Positions 1 to 10,782 are shown, numbered from the stretch's first letter. The stretch: DNA of 64,000 nucleotides from Candidatus Magasanikiibacteriota bacterium (GCA_002716765.1 PBBY01000016.1:47322-111321), one strand, 5' to 3'. The notes: generated from the letters alone by a model not told the origin. Translations and numbers: made by a program.

Positions 1-46
1 CAGACAAAAGAAAATACCCAATCAATGCTATGAGAAACCAAGTCAT
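1..46 (-). CDS. N-terminus of a membrane protein running off the window (possibly EamA/DMT-like)
   Basis: ATG at 46 reads MTWFLIALIGYFLLS..., 8 nt after the stop of the upstream ORF; only 15 codons visible. Confidence 0.45.
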   Translation of the reverse strand, partial: MTWFLIALIGYFLLS

Positions 47-54
47 ATATCTAT

Positions 55-1422
55 TTATAATAAATGCACATCCTCTATTTCGCTCTTTTTGTTTCGAAGT
101 ACGACATCCTCTATGTGATACACACCATTTCTTGGCGCGTCCATAAATCCTTCAACTGCAGCCTGCGCAAGCCAACCAGAATCAAGCCAGTCAAATAACC
201 ATTCATCCGTATATCGTGGATCTTCTTGCTCAAAACCGCTCCCAACCGCATGAAGCCACGCTCTATTGTATTCTTCTTGCGACCCAACAGTTGGTGCCAT
301 AATAATAGGAACACCAAGACCTGAATAAAACGATAATTCGCTCGGCTTTGTCCATAATATATCTGTATGACAAAGCTTTTCATTAAATAGTTCAAAATAA
401 CGAAATTTTGACCGATGGAATAAAATCGAGATATTTTTTTTCTGCCGTGCATTCAAGCGTAAATTACGTAATACTTTTGTATAATAATCAAAAACATCAG
501 GTCGGGACCCGGCCACCAAAATAAGTGATACACTTCCCCTTTCTATGCAATCTTTTAAACTTTTTAATATAGTAATCCCTATATCACGCTGTGCTCCAGC
601 GCCACCAACAGCAAACATAATCGTAAGCGGTCTCTTTTCTTTAATATTACAATACTGTTTACCAAGATATTCTTGTAATGTATGCGAGTATTTTTTTTGA
701 TACACACCACGTGGATCGAGCTTTCCAACACGACACCCAAGACTTTTCTTTAATATTCGCAATGTTCCTCTGGTGCCAATATTTTCTTTTGGCAAAGGAA
801 ATCCTGTAACATAGATGTTTTTTTCTTGCACACCATACCGCATTAATCGTTCTTTTACTCGCTTATTTGGTGCAAAATAGTGTATACGACTTGTTTTTGG
901 ATTTAGTGGCGCCCACGCTCTACTTACATCGCTGTCGGTGCACAAACAATAAATGTCTCCTGTGTATCCATGCTCTTCGGCAAAAAAAGCAGTGGTAAAA
1001 AAGGTGGTAATATATGGCAGCGGCTCTTTATTGAGTTTTTCTATTAAATCTTTTCCCCAACCCTTTTTAATGGCCCCATACACTTGGCGTAATTGTGCTG
1101 TTGGTCTAGATAAATCTCTTTTTGGATAAAATGGTTTAATTCTTTGTAAATAATCCATGGTACCAAAAACAATCCTTCCGATAATTGGGAGCTTTTTCAT
1201 TCGCGAGATCGTTTCGTACAAACCCCTACCACCTTCCCAACGTCTTTTGTCGCTATTAGGAACCCCCGGATATGTGTTAGCACAAATTACATCGGATCCG
1301 TTATGTTTTTTAATGGAACGAGGTCGTGTTGCAATGTCTTTTAGGGGGTATGCTGCCCGTTGATGCCCATATCCCATGTCTACCGTTACAACATATACCT
1401 TTTTTCCTCCTTTTTTTGCCAT
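55..1422 (-). CDS. GT-B fold glycosyltransferase-like protein (MGDG synthase/MurG-like motifs)
   Basis: DMGYGHQRAA, FAVGGAG, DILWTKPSE, GSQEEYN resemble GxGH / GGxG / TKP / GQE..N of diacylglycerol glycosyltransferases. Confidence 0.6.
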   Translation of the reverse strand: MAKKGGKKVYVVTVDMGYGHQRAAYPLKDIATRPRSIKKHNGSDVICANTYPGVPNSDKRRWEGGRGLYETISRMKKLPIIGRIVFGTMDYLQRIKPFYPKRDLSRPTAQLRQVYGAIKKGWGKDLIEKLNKEPLPYITTFFTTAFFAEEHGYTGDIYCLCTDSDVSRAWAPLNPKTSRIHYFAPNKRVKERLMRYGVQEKNIYVTGFPLPKENIGTRGTLRILKKSLGCRVGKLDPRGVYQKKYSHTLQEYLGKQYCNIKEKRPLTIMFAVGGAGAQRDIGITILKSLKDCIERGSVSLILVAGSRPDVFDYYTKVLRNLRLNARQKKNISILFHRSKFRYFELFNEKLCHTDILWTKPSELSFYSGLGVPIIMAPTVGSQEEYNRAWLHAVGSGFEQEDPRYTDEWLFDWLDSGWLAQAAVEGFMDAPRNGVYHIEDVVLRNKKSEIEDVHLL

Positions 1423-1424
1423 AA

Positions 1425-3068
1425 TTATTTATTGTTTATAGCAGCTTGAATAAGCCCTTTAAATAATGGGTGTGGATTGAGTGGTTTTGATAAAAACTCT
1501 GGATGGAATTGCACACCAACAAAAAAAGGGTGGTTTGCAAGTTCTACAATCTCTACCAAAGATGATTCGGGATTGGTACCAACTATGCGCAAACCAGCAT
1601 TGTGTACCATTTCTTTATATTCATTATTAAATTCATACCTATGCCGATGACGTTCTGATACACTTTTGCTTTTATAGAGTTTTCTCACTCTTGATCCATG
1701 CTCCAACACACAATCATATGCACCAAGTCGCATGGTCCCACCATATCTATTTTCTTTTACGTGTTTTGCTTGGTGTGGATTAATATGGATAATTGGGTGC
1801 AAAGCTGCATCATCTACTTCAACCGTATGTGCACCTTTTTTTTGTAACACATTTCGCGCAAACTCAACCGTTGCCAGCTGCATACCATAACATATACCTA
1901 GATAAGGAATATGTTTTTTTCTGACATATGAAATAGTATTAATTATTCCTTCTATTCCTCTGGTACCAAATCCTCCGGGAACTATAATACCATTATACTT
2001 ACCAAGAGATCGTAATGTTGCCGGTTTTGCTTCAAATTCTTCTGAGTCAATCCATGTTAGTTTTGGTATAACACCATAATACCAAGCCGCATGCCGAATT
2101 GCTTCTATGACAGAAATATATGAATCAGACAGAGTAAATCCGCCAGAACCAAAATATTTTCCCACAACTCCAATATGTACTTCTTTTTTTGCTTTTTGAA
2201 TTTTTCTTTCTAATACATTCCATCGAGTTAGTTGTGTTTTTCTTGAAGATATTCCCAATGTTTTTAATAATTTGTTTCCAATATGCTGCTCATCCATTAT
2301 TCTTGGAATAGAGTAAATAGAAGAAACATTGGGTGCAGAAATACAATTATCTTTTTTTACTCCACAATGAATGGCGAGTTTTTCTTTTCTTGGTTTGTCG
2401 AGTGCAGCACTACTTCTGGCAATAATCATATCTGGTTGAATTCCAGCACCATTTAATAATCTACATGCTTGTTGTGTTGGTTTTGTTTTCATTTCACCAA
2501 TATGTGATGGAATTGGCAAGTAACTTACCAACACAAATGCCACATCATCTGGATTTGCAAGCTTCATCATTCTGGCGGCCTCTAAAAATAGAATATTTTC
2601 GTATTCACCAACCGTTCCACCAATTTCTATAATAGTAATTTCTGCAGAATTAGCACTACTTGCATGAGTTATTCTTCTGTTTATTTCTTCTGGAATATGT
2701 GGTACCACTTGCACACATTTTCCTTTATATTTCATGCTTCGCTCATTATTAATGACTTCTTGGTACACACGACCAGTTGTCATGTAATTTATTGATGTCA
2801 GGTCAACCTCTAAAAACCTTTCGTAATTTCCCATATCTTGATCTGTCTCGTCTCCATCATTTGTAACAAATACTTCGCCATGTTCTGTTGGGTTCATGGT
2901 CCCAGCATCTACATTTACATAAGGATCTGCTTTTAATGCTGTAACAGAAAAACCTTTTGCCCTAAATATTGCACCCAAAGAAGCAGTGGTTACTCCTTTT
3001 CCAACACCACTCAATACTCCACCAACAACAAAAATATATTTTGGATTTCTCTTTTTCTTATTTCTCAT
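1425..3068 (-). CDS. pyrG: CTP synthase
   Basis: GGVLSGVGKG, DPYVNVDAGTMNPTEHGEVFV, GICYGMQ, ERHRHRYE, QFHPEF; start trimmed to MRNKK. Confidence 0.98.
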   Translation of the reverse strand: MRNKKKRNPKYIFVVGGVLSGVGKGVTTASLGAIFRAKGFSVTALKADPYVNVDAGTMNPTEHGEVFVTNDGDETDQDMGNYERFLEVDLTSINYMTTGRVYQEVINNERSMKYKGKCVQVVPHIPEEINRRITHASSANSAEITIIEIGGTVGEYENILFLEAARMMKLANPDDVAFVLVSYLPIPSHIGEMKTKPTQQACRLLNGAGIQPDMIIARSSAALDKPRKEKLAIHCGVKKDNCISAPNVSSIYSIPRIMDEQHIGNKLLKTLGISSRKTQLTRWNVLERKIQKAKKEVHIGVVGKYFGSGGFTLSDSYISVIEAIRHAAWYYGVIPKLTWIDSEEFEAKPATLRSLGKYNGIIVPGGFGTRGIEGIINTISYVRKKHIPYLGICYGMQLATVEFARNVLQKKGAHTVEVDDAALHPIIHINPHQAKHVKENRYGGTMRLGAYDCVLEHGSRVRKLYKSKSVSERHRHRYEFNNEYKEMVHNAGLRIVGTNPESSLVEIVELANHPFFVGVQFHPEFLSKPLNPHPLFKGLIQAAINNK

Positions 3069-3119
3069 ACATGTCAAAATTGTTTTATATTCCATTATTA
3101 TACCACAAACCACAAAACA

Positions 3120-3148
3120 AAAAAAGGCAAGATAATTTTGCCTTTTTA
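3120..3148 (-). terminator. intrinsic terminator after rplI
   Basis: AAAAAAGGCAA-gataatt-TTGCCTTTTT inverted repeat. Confidence 0.6.
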
Positions 3149-3156
3149 CTAAACAA

Positions 3157-3600
3157 CTATGCTAAAACTACACAGGTAACACGACACTGGATTTGTTCTA
3201 ATAGCGTAATTTTTACACTATGTGTTCCAGTAGACTTTATTGGATGAGGAAAAGTGACAGCACTTTCTAAAACCTTTACACCAAGTTGCGTGCTAATAGT
3301 GTCAACTATTTTTTTTGGCGTAATAGCGGCATAAAGTGTCCCCTGCTCATTAGCACTCTCTTTTATGGTGATGCTTTTTCCTTTTAACTGCGTGAGTATT
3401 TTTTTGGACTCTTTGCTTTTCTCCCTTTTTATTTTTTGTACCTTCTGTTCTTTTTGTGAAAGGTGTGTTACCACTGCTGCACTTGCTGTTTTTGCTAGTC
3501 CTTTTTTTATAAGGAAGTTTATAGCATACCCATCTGAAACGGTAACAACATCTCCTTTACTACCCGTTCCTTTTACTGATTGTGTAAGAATGACTCTCAT
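3157..3600 (-). CDS. rplI: 50S ribosomal protein L9
   Basis: MRVILTQSVKGTGSKGDVVTVSDGYAINFL. Confidence 0.95.
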   Translation of the reverse strand: MRVILTQSVKGTGSKGDVVTVSDGYAINFLIKKGLAKTASAAVVTHLSQKEQKVQKIKREKSKESKKILTQLKGKSITIKESANEQGTLYAAITPKKIVDTISTQLGVKVLESAVTFPHPIKSTGTHSVKITLLEQIQCRVTCVVLA

Positions 3601-3718
3601 ATTATTATAATATATATTAATTACTTGTATTGTAATATACGCTTGCTTTTTATGCAAAAAATTGCTAAGATGAACCTGTTAACGTATATAAATAATAGCT
3701 TAGATTAGCCTAAATTAT

Positions 3719-4567
3719 ATGAAATCAGGATTTGTTTTACTTATTGGCCGTTCAAATGTTGGAAAATCGACACTTCTTAACACACTTGTTGGAACAAAAA
3801 TTGCTGCAACCAGCTTCCGTGCACAACTTACACGTAATATTATTCATGGTGTAATGAATACGCCAGAAGGTCAGGCTATTTTTGTGGATACCCCCGGCAT
3901 GTTTAAACATAAAAAAAGTGAGTTGACTGGAAAATTAACCGAAAAAGTAAAAAATTCATTAGAAGATATAGATGCTATTGTATATATAGTTGACCCAACC
4001 AGAGAAATTGGCGTAGAAGAACGTGCTGTTTATGGTATGATTCGTCATCTAGACATTCCCAAAATTCTTGTTATTAATAAAAGTGACTTACCAGAAAAGG
4101 AAAGAAATCACCAAAAAGCATACGAAGCGTGGTCAAAAGATTTTGAAGCAGTCCTCTCACTTTCTGCGTTACGGGGAAGCCATATTACACCATTAAAAGA
4201 ATTGGTCATGTCTTATCTTCCAGAAGGTCAAGCACTCTATCCAAATGAACAGTTGACTAATGTAGATAATTATTTTTGGGTCGCAGAAATTATACGAGAA
4301 AAAGCATTTTCTGTTTTTGACAAAGAAGTGCCGTACTCTTTAACGGTAAATGTAGAATCAATTGAGGAGAAACCAAATATTTTTGTTATTCAGGCAAATA
4401 TTTTAACGAATGAAGATAGATATAAACGTATTATTATTGGAAAAGGGGGAGGTAAACTCAAAGAAATTGGTCAAATGGCAAGAAAGGAATTAGAACAAGC
4501 CTTGCACAAAAAGGTATTTCTAGAACTGGAAGTAGAAGTAGACAAACACTGGGTTGAGCGTATATAA
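3719..4567 (+). CDS. era: GTPase Era
   Basis: GRSNVGKSTL, DTPG, NKSD, KH domain IIIGKGGGKLKEIG. Confidence 0.97.
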   Translation: MKSGFVLLIGRSNVGKSTLLNTLVGTKIAATSFRAQLTRNIIHGVMNTPEGQAIFVDTPGMFKHKKSELTGKLTEKVKNSLEDIDAIVYIVDPTREIGVEERAVYGMIRHLDIPKILVINKSDLPEKERNHQKAYEAWSKDFEAVLSLSALRGSHITPLKELVMSYLPEGQALYPNEQLTNVDNYFWVAEIIREKAFSVFDKEVPYSLTVNVESIEEKPNIFVIQANILTNEDRYKRIIIGKGGGKLKEIGQMARKELEQALHKKVFLELEVEVDKHWVERI

Positions 4568-4599
4568 TACACTAACTACTTATTTCCGCTTTTATTTGT

Positions 4600-5967
4600 A
4601 TGCTTTATCTCTATAATTCACGAACAAAAGAAAAAGAAGCCTTTGTCCCAATTTACGACCATCATGCTAATATGTATACATGCGGACCAACGGTATACAA
4701 TTATGCCCACATTGGAAACTTACGAACCTATATTTTTGAAGATATATTGCGCCGCGTATTAAAATATAATGGGTACAAAGTAAAACATGTCATGAATATT
4801 ACCGACGTTGGTCATTTAACGGATGACGCCGACCAAGGTGAGGATAAAATGGAAAAAGGGTCAAAAAGGGAGGGGAAAACGGCATGGGAAATTGCAGAAT
4901 TTTACGAAAAAGCGTTTAAAAAAGATGTAACGGCACTCAATATTCTTGAACCAACCATATGGTGCAAAGCAACTGATCACATAGAAGAACAAATCGCGAT
5001 GGTTACAGTATTACTAGAAAAAAACCATGCATACAAAACAACTGATGGTATATATTTTGACACCACATCAATTCCCGACTATGGTGAGATAGCTAATATA
5101 CAAAACCAAAAGCTTGATGCCGGATCAAGAGTAGACATGGGGGAAAAAAAGAATATTCATGATTTTGCCTTGTGGAAATTTACAAAAGAAGGTGAAAGCA
5201 GGCAAATGGAATGGGTTGCATTTGAAAAAAAGGGGTTTCCTGGCTGGCATATAGAATGTTCGGCAATGGCCGTAAAATATTTAGGTGAACAATTCGATAT
5301 TCATTGTGGTGGTATCGACCATATTCCCGTTCATCACACAAATGAAGTTGCACAAACCGAAGCGGTAACAGAAAAAAAACCTTGGGTAAAATACTGGCTT
5401 CACGGAGAATTTTTGCTTATTGAAAAAGACAAAATGGCAAAATCGGGAGAAAATTTTATCACCCTCCAAACACTTAAAGAAAAAGGAATTGACCCACTCG
5501 CCTACCGATACTTTCTTCTTCAGGCACATTACAGAAAACAATTACACTTTACATTCGAAGCATTAGAAGCTGCATCCCAAGGATTAAAGCGATTAAAACA
5601 CACCATCGCAAATATCTCAGACGAAGCCGTAGAAGACATGAGCGTGGTTGGGTCATTTTTAGAAGCAATAAACGATGATTTAAATACACCAGAAGCTTTG
5701 GCTATATTGTGGAAAGGGCTGAAAAACAATGTTGTAACAAAAGAGATGGTAACAGATTTTGATAAAGTGTTGGGTCTAAAATTACTAGATTTACAAACGA
5801 AAGAAGAAATCATTCCAGAAAATATACAAATTCTAGCAGAAAAAAGAGCGCAAGCACGAAATAATAAAGACTGGGGATTAAGCGATTCATTACGAGATGA
5901 AATAACAACACTCGGATACGACGTAGAAGACACACCAGATGGGCAGCATCTATATAAACAAGAATAA
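4600..5967 (+). CDS. cysS: cysteine--tRNA ligase
   Basis: MYTCGPTVYNYAHIGN, GFPGWHIECSAM, KMAKS. Confidence 0.98.
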   Translation: MLYLYNSRTKEKEAFVPIYDHHANMYTCGPTVYNYAHIGNLRTYIFEDILRRVLKYNGYKVKHVMNITDVGHLTDDADQGEDKMEKGSKREGKTAWEIAEFYEKAFKKDVTALNILEPTIWCKATDHIEEQIAMVTVLLEKNHAYKTTDGIYFDTTSIPDYGEIANIQNQKLDAGSRVDMGEKKNIHDFALWKFTKEGESRQMEWVAFEKKGFPGWHIECSAMAVKYLGEQFDIHCGGIDHIPVHHTNEVAQTEAVTEKKPWVKYWLHGEFLLIEKDKMAKSGENFITLQTLKEKGIDPLAYRYFLLQAHYRKQLHFTFEALEAASQGLKRLKHTIANISDEAVEDMSVVGSFLEAINDDLNTPEALAILWKGLKNNVVTKEMVTDFDKVLGLKLLDLQTKEEIIPENIQILAEKRAQARNNKDWGLSDSLRDEITTLGYDVEDTPDGQHLYKQE

Positions 5968-5987
5968 CAAGAAAAAATTCAACACTT

Positions 5988-6752
5988 ATGCCATTAACAA
6001 TAAAAAAACCAATTGTATTTTTTGACCTAGAAACAACCGGCGTTGACCCGTTTAACGACCGGATCGTTCAAATTGGTTGCATTAGGATTGAGACCAACGG
6101 ATCAAAAACAGAAAAAGAATGGCTTATTAACCCTGGAATTCCCATTCCTGCCGCTGTCTCACAAATCCACGGCATTACAGACGACATGGTAAAAGATTCA
6201 CCACATCTTGGTGATATCGCACAAGAATTAAGAGATATGTTTTTTAGTGTTGACTTAGGTGGGTATAATGCAAAAAATTTCGACATTCCATTATTAGTTC
6301 AGGAATTTTTTCGTATCGGCCTAACACTTAATATTGAAGACATAAAGATCGTGGATCCAATGAAAATATTTCAAATAAAAGAACCACGAACCCTAACCGC
6401 GGCATATAAAAAGTTTTGTAATAAAGAATTGGATAATGCGCATAATGCAATGGCAGATATTCGTGCGACTTTAGCCGTGCTAGAAGCACAAATTGACCAT
6501 TACGAAGATGTGCCAAACACAATCGAAGATATTCATGAATTTTGTTTTCCAACTGATCCGGACGCGTATGATGCAGAGGGAAAACTACGATACATCGATG
6601 GCCATTTAACGATTAATTTTGGGAAAAACAAAGGAAGAACATTGCAAGAACTTGCACTTACCGATCCAACATATTTGGAATGGATTATAAAAGGCTCGTT
6701 TTCCGACATAGTTAAAAAAGCAGTTCGCCAAGTTCTTGGATTTAAGGCATAA
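5988..6752 (+). CDS. DnaQ/DEDDh 3'-5' exonuclease (Pol III epsilon-like)
   Basis: FDLETTG, GYNAKNFD, AHNAMADI; C-terminal FGKNKG..YLEW domain. Confidence 0.9.
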   Translation: MPLTIKKPIVFFDLETTGVDPFNDRIVQIGCIRIETNGSKTEKEWLINPGIPIPAAVSQIHGITDDMVKDSPHLGDIAQELRDMFFSVDLGGYNAKNFDIPLLVQEFFRIGLTLNIEDIKIVDPMKIFQIKEPRTLTAAYKKFCNKELDNAHNAMADIRATLAVLEAQIDHYEDVPNTIEDIHEFCFPTDPDAYDAEGKLRYIDGHLTINFGKNKGRTLQELALTDPTYLEWIIKGSFSDIVKKAVRQVLGFKA

Positions 6753-6753
6753 A

Positions 6754-7215
6754 TTATTCTCCCAAACACGCCATCTCAATAGCAGTCGCGGCCCATGAAT
6801 CACCGTGACTTTTTTCTCCAACACTTCTTGCAAGTGCTTGTTCTTGATTTAAACAAGTAAGAATGCCAAAAATAATTGGTATGTTTTTTTGCATTTGCAA
6901 ATCCATACACCCACGTGTAACAGCATCGCTAATATATTCAAAATGCATTGTTTCTCCTTTTATAAGCACCCCAATAGGAATAATAGCATCAACATTTTCT
7001 TTTTCTATAAGTCTTTTTGCACCATACACAAGTTCATAAGAGCCAGGAACTTCGTATATAACAATATCTTTTTCTTCTACACCACGATTTTGCAGTCCGC
7101 GAATGATCTGCTCTTTTAGCGCAGTTGTACAAATGGCATTCCACCGTGCAACCACGATCCCAAAACGTAAGGCTTTTCCACTTAAATCCGGACTAAATGT
7201 AACACCCTTTTCCAT
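6754..7215 (-). CDS. ribH: 6,7-dimethyl-8-ribityllumazine synthase
   Basis: IVVARWN, VPGSYEL, GVLIKGETMHFEYI. Confidence 0.97.
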   Translation of the reverse strand: MEKGVTFSPDLSGKALRFGIVVARWNAICTTALKEQIIRGLQNRGVEEKDIVIYEVPGSYELVYGAKRLIEKENVDAIIPIGVLIKGETMHFEYISDAVTRGCMDLQMQKNIPIIFGILTCLNQEQALARSVGEKSHGDSWAATAIEMACLGE

Positions 7216-7218
7216 ATG

Positions 7219-7845
7219 TTATATGTTAATTTTATGTTGTAATAAAAATGATTCTACGGTTGAAACAATAGCTTGTGTTTGTGCATCTATTTCTACATTA
7301 ACCAAATCTCCCACTTTTCGCGTTCCAAACAATGTATTTTCTAATGTATGCGGGATAAAGCACACAGAAAATTCCCCCTTTTCTGTGTTTGGGCTTACTA
7401 CTGTTAAACTACACCCATCTATTGCAATAAATCCTTTTTCAAGAATATATTTCATCCAAGTAACTGGCACAGAAAAGCGAATCTCCTTTCCAGAGTCTTT
7501 ATTTTCTATTATGCTAGAAATTTTAGCCGTACCATACACATGACCAGAAAGAATGTGGCCTCCTATTTCATCTGTCACTTTTGCGCTTCGTTCAAAATGA
7601 ACGTCATCTCCAACAGACAATAGCTCTAAATTAGTCTTTTTTCTTGTTTCTTGTATTATGTCACAACTCATCATACTACCCATTAGACTAGAAACAGTTA
7701 GGCACACGCCGTTTATTGCCACACTTGCACCAACAACTAACCCTTCCGAAATAGTTTCGGGGAGTATAAAAAAAAGCGAAGTAATCCCCGCCTTTTGATT
7801 GTGTTTTACCAATGATATTTTGGTATAAACTATACCAGTATACAT
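7219..7845 (-). CDS. ribE: riboflavin synthase (alpha chain)
   Basis: MYTGIV, SVAINGVCLTV, GGHILSGHV, FIAIDGCSLTV. Confidence 0.96.
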   Translation of the reverse strand: MYTGIVYTKISLVKHNQKAGITSLFFILPETISEGLVVGASVAINGVCLTVSSLMGSMMSCDIIQETRKKTNLELLSVGDDVHFERSAKVTDEIGGHILSGHVYGTAKISSIIENKDSGKEIRFSVPVTWMKYILEKGFIAIDGCSLTVVSPNTEKGEFSVCFIPHTLENTLFGTRKVGDLVNVEIDAQTQAIVSTVESFLLQHKINI

Positions 7846-7849
7846 ACTA

Positions 7850-8218
7850 TCAATTACTGTGATATGAATCAAAAAATGAACGTACTTTTTCTATGGCAAA
7901 TATCACAACACTTTTAAGAGTTGTCTTCCCAGAACATGGGATAATCGGACAAATAAAGGAAAGGTATTGTACCGCAATCTCTTTTCCATATAAATCAAGA
8001 TCTTGATCAAGGACATGAACCTCCACCTTTTCCCCATCTCTTGAAATAATAAGTGCACTATTATAAAAAACGTTGTCTATGATAGTAAGTGCCGCATACA
8101 CACCATCATCTAAATTAAGTATTTTAGGAGGAATAGCAAGGTTTGCTGTAGGAAAACCAAGAACACGCGCAAACTGTTCGCCTTGAATTACCATTGCGGT
8201 AAACATATTATTCTCCAT
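7850..8218 (-). CDS. stand-alone riboflavin kinase (RibF C-terminal domain)
   Basis: LGFPTANL, GVYAA, EVHVLD, DLYGKEI. Confidence 0.88.
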   Translation of the reverse strand: MENNMFTAMVIQGEQFARVLGFPTANLAIPPKILNLDDGVYAALTIIDNVFYNSALIISRDGEKVEVHVLDQDLDLYGKEIAVQYLSFICPIIPCSGKTTLKSVVIFAIEKVRSFFDSYHSN

Positions 8219-9473
8219 GCTGAGTAATACGATTTGATTGTAATTCTTCTAATGCTCGCTCAATACCTAAATCTTTAAAGCCGTTCTCAAATTCTTCTCC
8301 TTTTTGGAACATTTCTTCTAAAACAATATCTGGCTCTATTCCCTCCTTGTCGATCCCTCTATTTTCTGGAGTAAACCATTTTGCAACAGTAAGTTTTAGT
8401 GCTGAACCATCTGGAAATTCTTCATAACTTTGTACCGACCCCTTACCAAATGTTTTGGTTCCAATTATAACAGCTTTTTTGTAATCCTGCAAAGCTCCAG
8501 CAACAATTTCTGAACCGGATGCAGTTCCTTTGTCTACTAGGATAACTGTTGGTATTTGTGCCAACCTATTTGCACCAGTTGCTACATATTCTTTTGTATT
8601 TTCCTTACTTTGAAATACTTCTCGAACAACAACCCCTTCCTCCACCCATTCGCTTGCAACCAAAACAGCGGTCTGCAAGAATCCGCCAGGATTACTTCGT
8701 AAATCTAATATAATACCTTTTGGGCTTTCATGTAGCAATTCTTTTACTTTTGTATTAAACTGATTTAATGTATCTTCGTTAAAGTAACTAATACGCAAAT
8801 ATGCAATATTGTTTTCTTTTTGTTCCCATAAGACTGTTGGGATAGTAATAACTTCTCGTACGATTGACACCTGTTCTACTGCATCCAATCCATTACGCGA
8901 TACAGTAAGCACAACCATAGTACCTGGTTTTCCTTTTATGATTTTTACGGCTTCTTCTACAGTTAGCCCTCGTGTCTCTGTGCCGTCTACTGCTAAAATT
9001 TTATCTCCGGAAGCAAGCCCCGATTTTTCTGCAGGAGTTTCTGGAAGTGGTGCAATAACAACCAGCTGCTCATCTCGAATACCAATTTCTGCACCAATCC
9101 CCCCAAATTCTCCGGATAATCCTTCGGAAAACACCTTTGCTTTTACTGGTGGTAAATATACCGAATGCTCATCATTTAATCCTGCGACCATACCTTTGAT
9201 AGCACCATGATAGAGTGGTGTCTCATCGACCGGCTGATCAACATAATTTGCTCGTACCGTTTTCCAAATCTTCCAAAACTGATTAAAGTCTATGTCTTCT
9301 GTTTGTGCTTTTTCTTTTGTATTTACCACCTGCCCTCTTACCTCAATCGAGGATTGCGATTCTTGTACGAAACCATTTTCAGCGGACCCAATATGAAAAC
9401 CAAAGAAAAAAGACAGGCAAATTGTACCAGCAATAGATAAAATAAGAATGGTATTTTTTTTAGCACAATGCAT
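8208..9473 (-). CDS. ctpA: S41 carboxyl-terminal processing protease (PDZ)
   Basis: GIGAEI, DLRSNPGG, TASGSEIVAGALQD, TFGKGSVQ. Confidence 0.93.
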   Translation of the reverse strand: MHCAKKNTILILSIAGTICLSFFFGFHIGSAENGFVQESQSSIEVRGQVVNTKEKAQTEDIDFNQFWKIWKTVRANYVDQPVDETPLYHGAIKGMVAGLNDEHSVYLPPVKAKVFSEGLSGEFGGIGAEIGIRDEQLVVIAPLPETPAEKSGLASGDKILAVDGTETRGLTVEEAVKIIKGKPGTMVVLTVSRNGLDAVEQVSIVREVITIPTVLWEQKENNIAYLRISYFNEDTLNQFNTKVKELLHESPKGIILDLRSNPGGFLQTAVLVASEWVEEGVVVREVFQSKENTKEYVATGANRLAQIPTVILVDKGTASGSEIVAGALQDYKKAVIIGTKTFGKGSVQSYEEFPDGSALKLTVAKWFTPENRGIDKEGIEPDIVLEEMFQKGEEFENGFKDLGIERALEELQSNRITQHGE

Positions 9474-9474
9474 A

Positions 9475-10782
9475 TTAGTCTTCTATTCTTTGAATATCCA
9501 CTCCAATAGCTTGAAGTCGTGGAACTAAATTTATATACGCACGTTCTATTGGATAAATATTCCGTAATGTTGATTCACCTTTTGCTGCGATTACGGCAAC
9601 AAGCAGGGCCATTGATGGTCGGATTGCCGGCACACAAATAAGCTCATTTCCAACAAGGGTTGTTGGTCCCTCTACTAACAATCTATGAATATCGAGAAGC
9701 ATGGTTTTTGCCCCAAGTTTTTGAAACTCAAGCCCATATAATGCTCTATTTTCAAACGCCCAATCATGAATCAGTGTTTTTCCTTTTGCTTTTGTTGCTA
9801 TTGGAATAAAAAATGGAAGATTATCTAAATTAAGACCAGGAAATGGCCGTCCATAAATTTTGTCTGCTGATGCCGTCAATTTTGATGGAGTGATCTTAAT
9901 ATCCACCAGGTTTGTTTTGTTGTTTTTTGCTTTCCTTTTATTTTTGAGCGTAAATTTTTGCCCCATAACACGCAGCTTCTCTAGTTCCAGCTCTAAAAAT
10001 TCAATCGGGCAACCAGTAATAGTAAGTGAGGAATTGGTGGTAATAGCCAAAGAAATAAACGCCATAGCATCAATTGGATCTGGTGTAACACAATATTCTT
10101 CCACTGAATGAAGATTAGTCACTCCGGTTATGGTGAGTGTTGTAGTGCCAATACCAGAAATTTTTGCACCAGCAGCAACCAAAAAGTGGCACAAATCTTG
10201 TACCATATAATTTGCCGAAGCCATTTTAATAGTTGTCACTCCTTTTGCTAAAACTGCACCCATTATTGCGTTTTCGGTTGTGGTGTCACCAGATTCATAC
10301 ATAACAACATGAGCTGCTTTTAGCGGCCTATTCTTAACCTCGTAATATGAATCATGTGAAGTGGCGGAAACTCCGTATTTTTCTAGTGCAAAAAGATGCG
10401 GCGCGACACTTCGTTTTCCCAAATGACACCCACCAGTTTTGTATATTTTATATTGTTTTTCAAATTTTGCGAGCGCACCCAAAAAAAGTAAAGAAATCCG
10501 CATTGATGCACAGAGTTTTTTGTCTATGTTTTCTATGTTAAGTCTTTGGGGGATTTCAACATGCAATGTGGTATTATTTAGCCATTTGTGAATTACACCA
10601 ATACCTTCAAAAAGCTGTAACAATCTTAGTACTTCTGTGACACGATCTACATCTTTGAGCACCACAAAACCACCTCGAACCATAAGACTAGCACACAAAA
10701 TAGCAATAGTACCATTTTTCCCAGAACTCACCGCAATCGAGCCATGAAGTTTTTTTCCTCCTTTTACCGTAAAATATGCCAT
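9475..10782 (-). CDS. murA: UDP-N-acetylglucosamine 1-carboxyvinyltransferase
   Basis: SGKN, GGCHLGKR, TTENAIM, IERAY; divergent MurA. Confidence 0.9.
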   Translation of the reverse strand: MAYFTVKGGKKLHGSIAVSSGKNGTIAILCASLMVRGGFVVLKDVDRVTEVLRLLQLFEGIGVIHKWLNNTTLHVEIPQRLNIENIDKKLCASMRISLLFLGALAKFEKQYKIYKTGGCHLGKRSVAPHLFALEKYGVSATSHDSYYEVKNRPLKAAHVVMYESGDTTTENAIMGAVLAKGVTTIKMASANYMVQDLCHFLVAAGAKISGIGTTTLTITGVTNLHSVEEYCVTPDPIDAMAFISLAITTNSSLTITGCPIEFLELELEKLRVMGQKFTLKNKRKAKNNKTNLVDIKITPSKLTASADKIYGRPFPGLNLDNLPFFIPIATKAKGKTLIHDWAFENRALYGLEFQKLGAKTMLLDIHRLLVEGPTTLVGNELICVPAIRPSMALLVAVIAAKGESTLRNIYPIERAYINLVPRLQAIGVDIQRIED

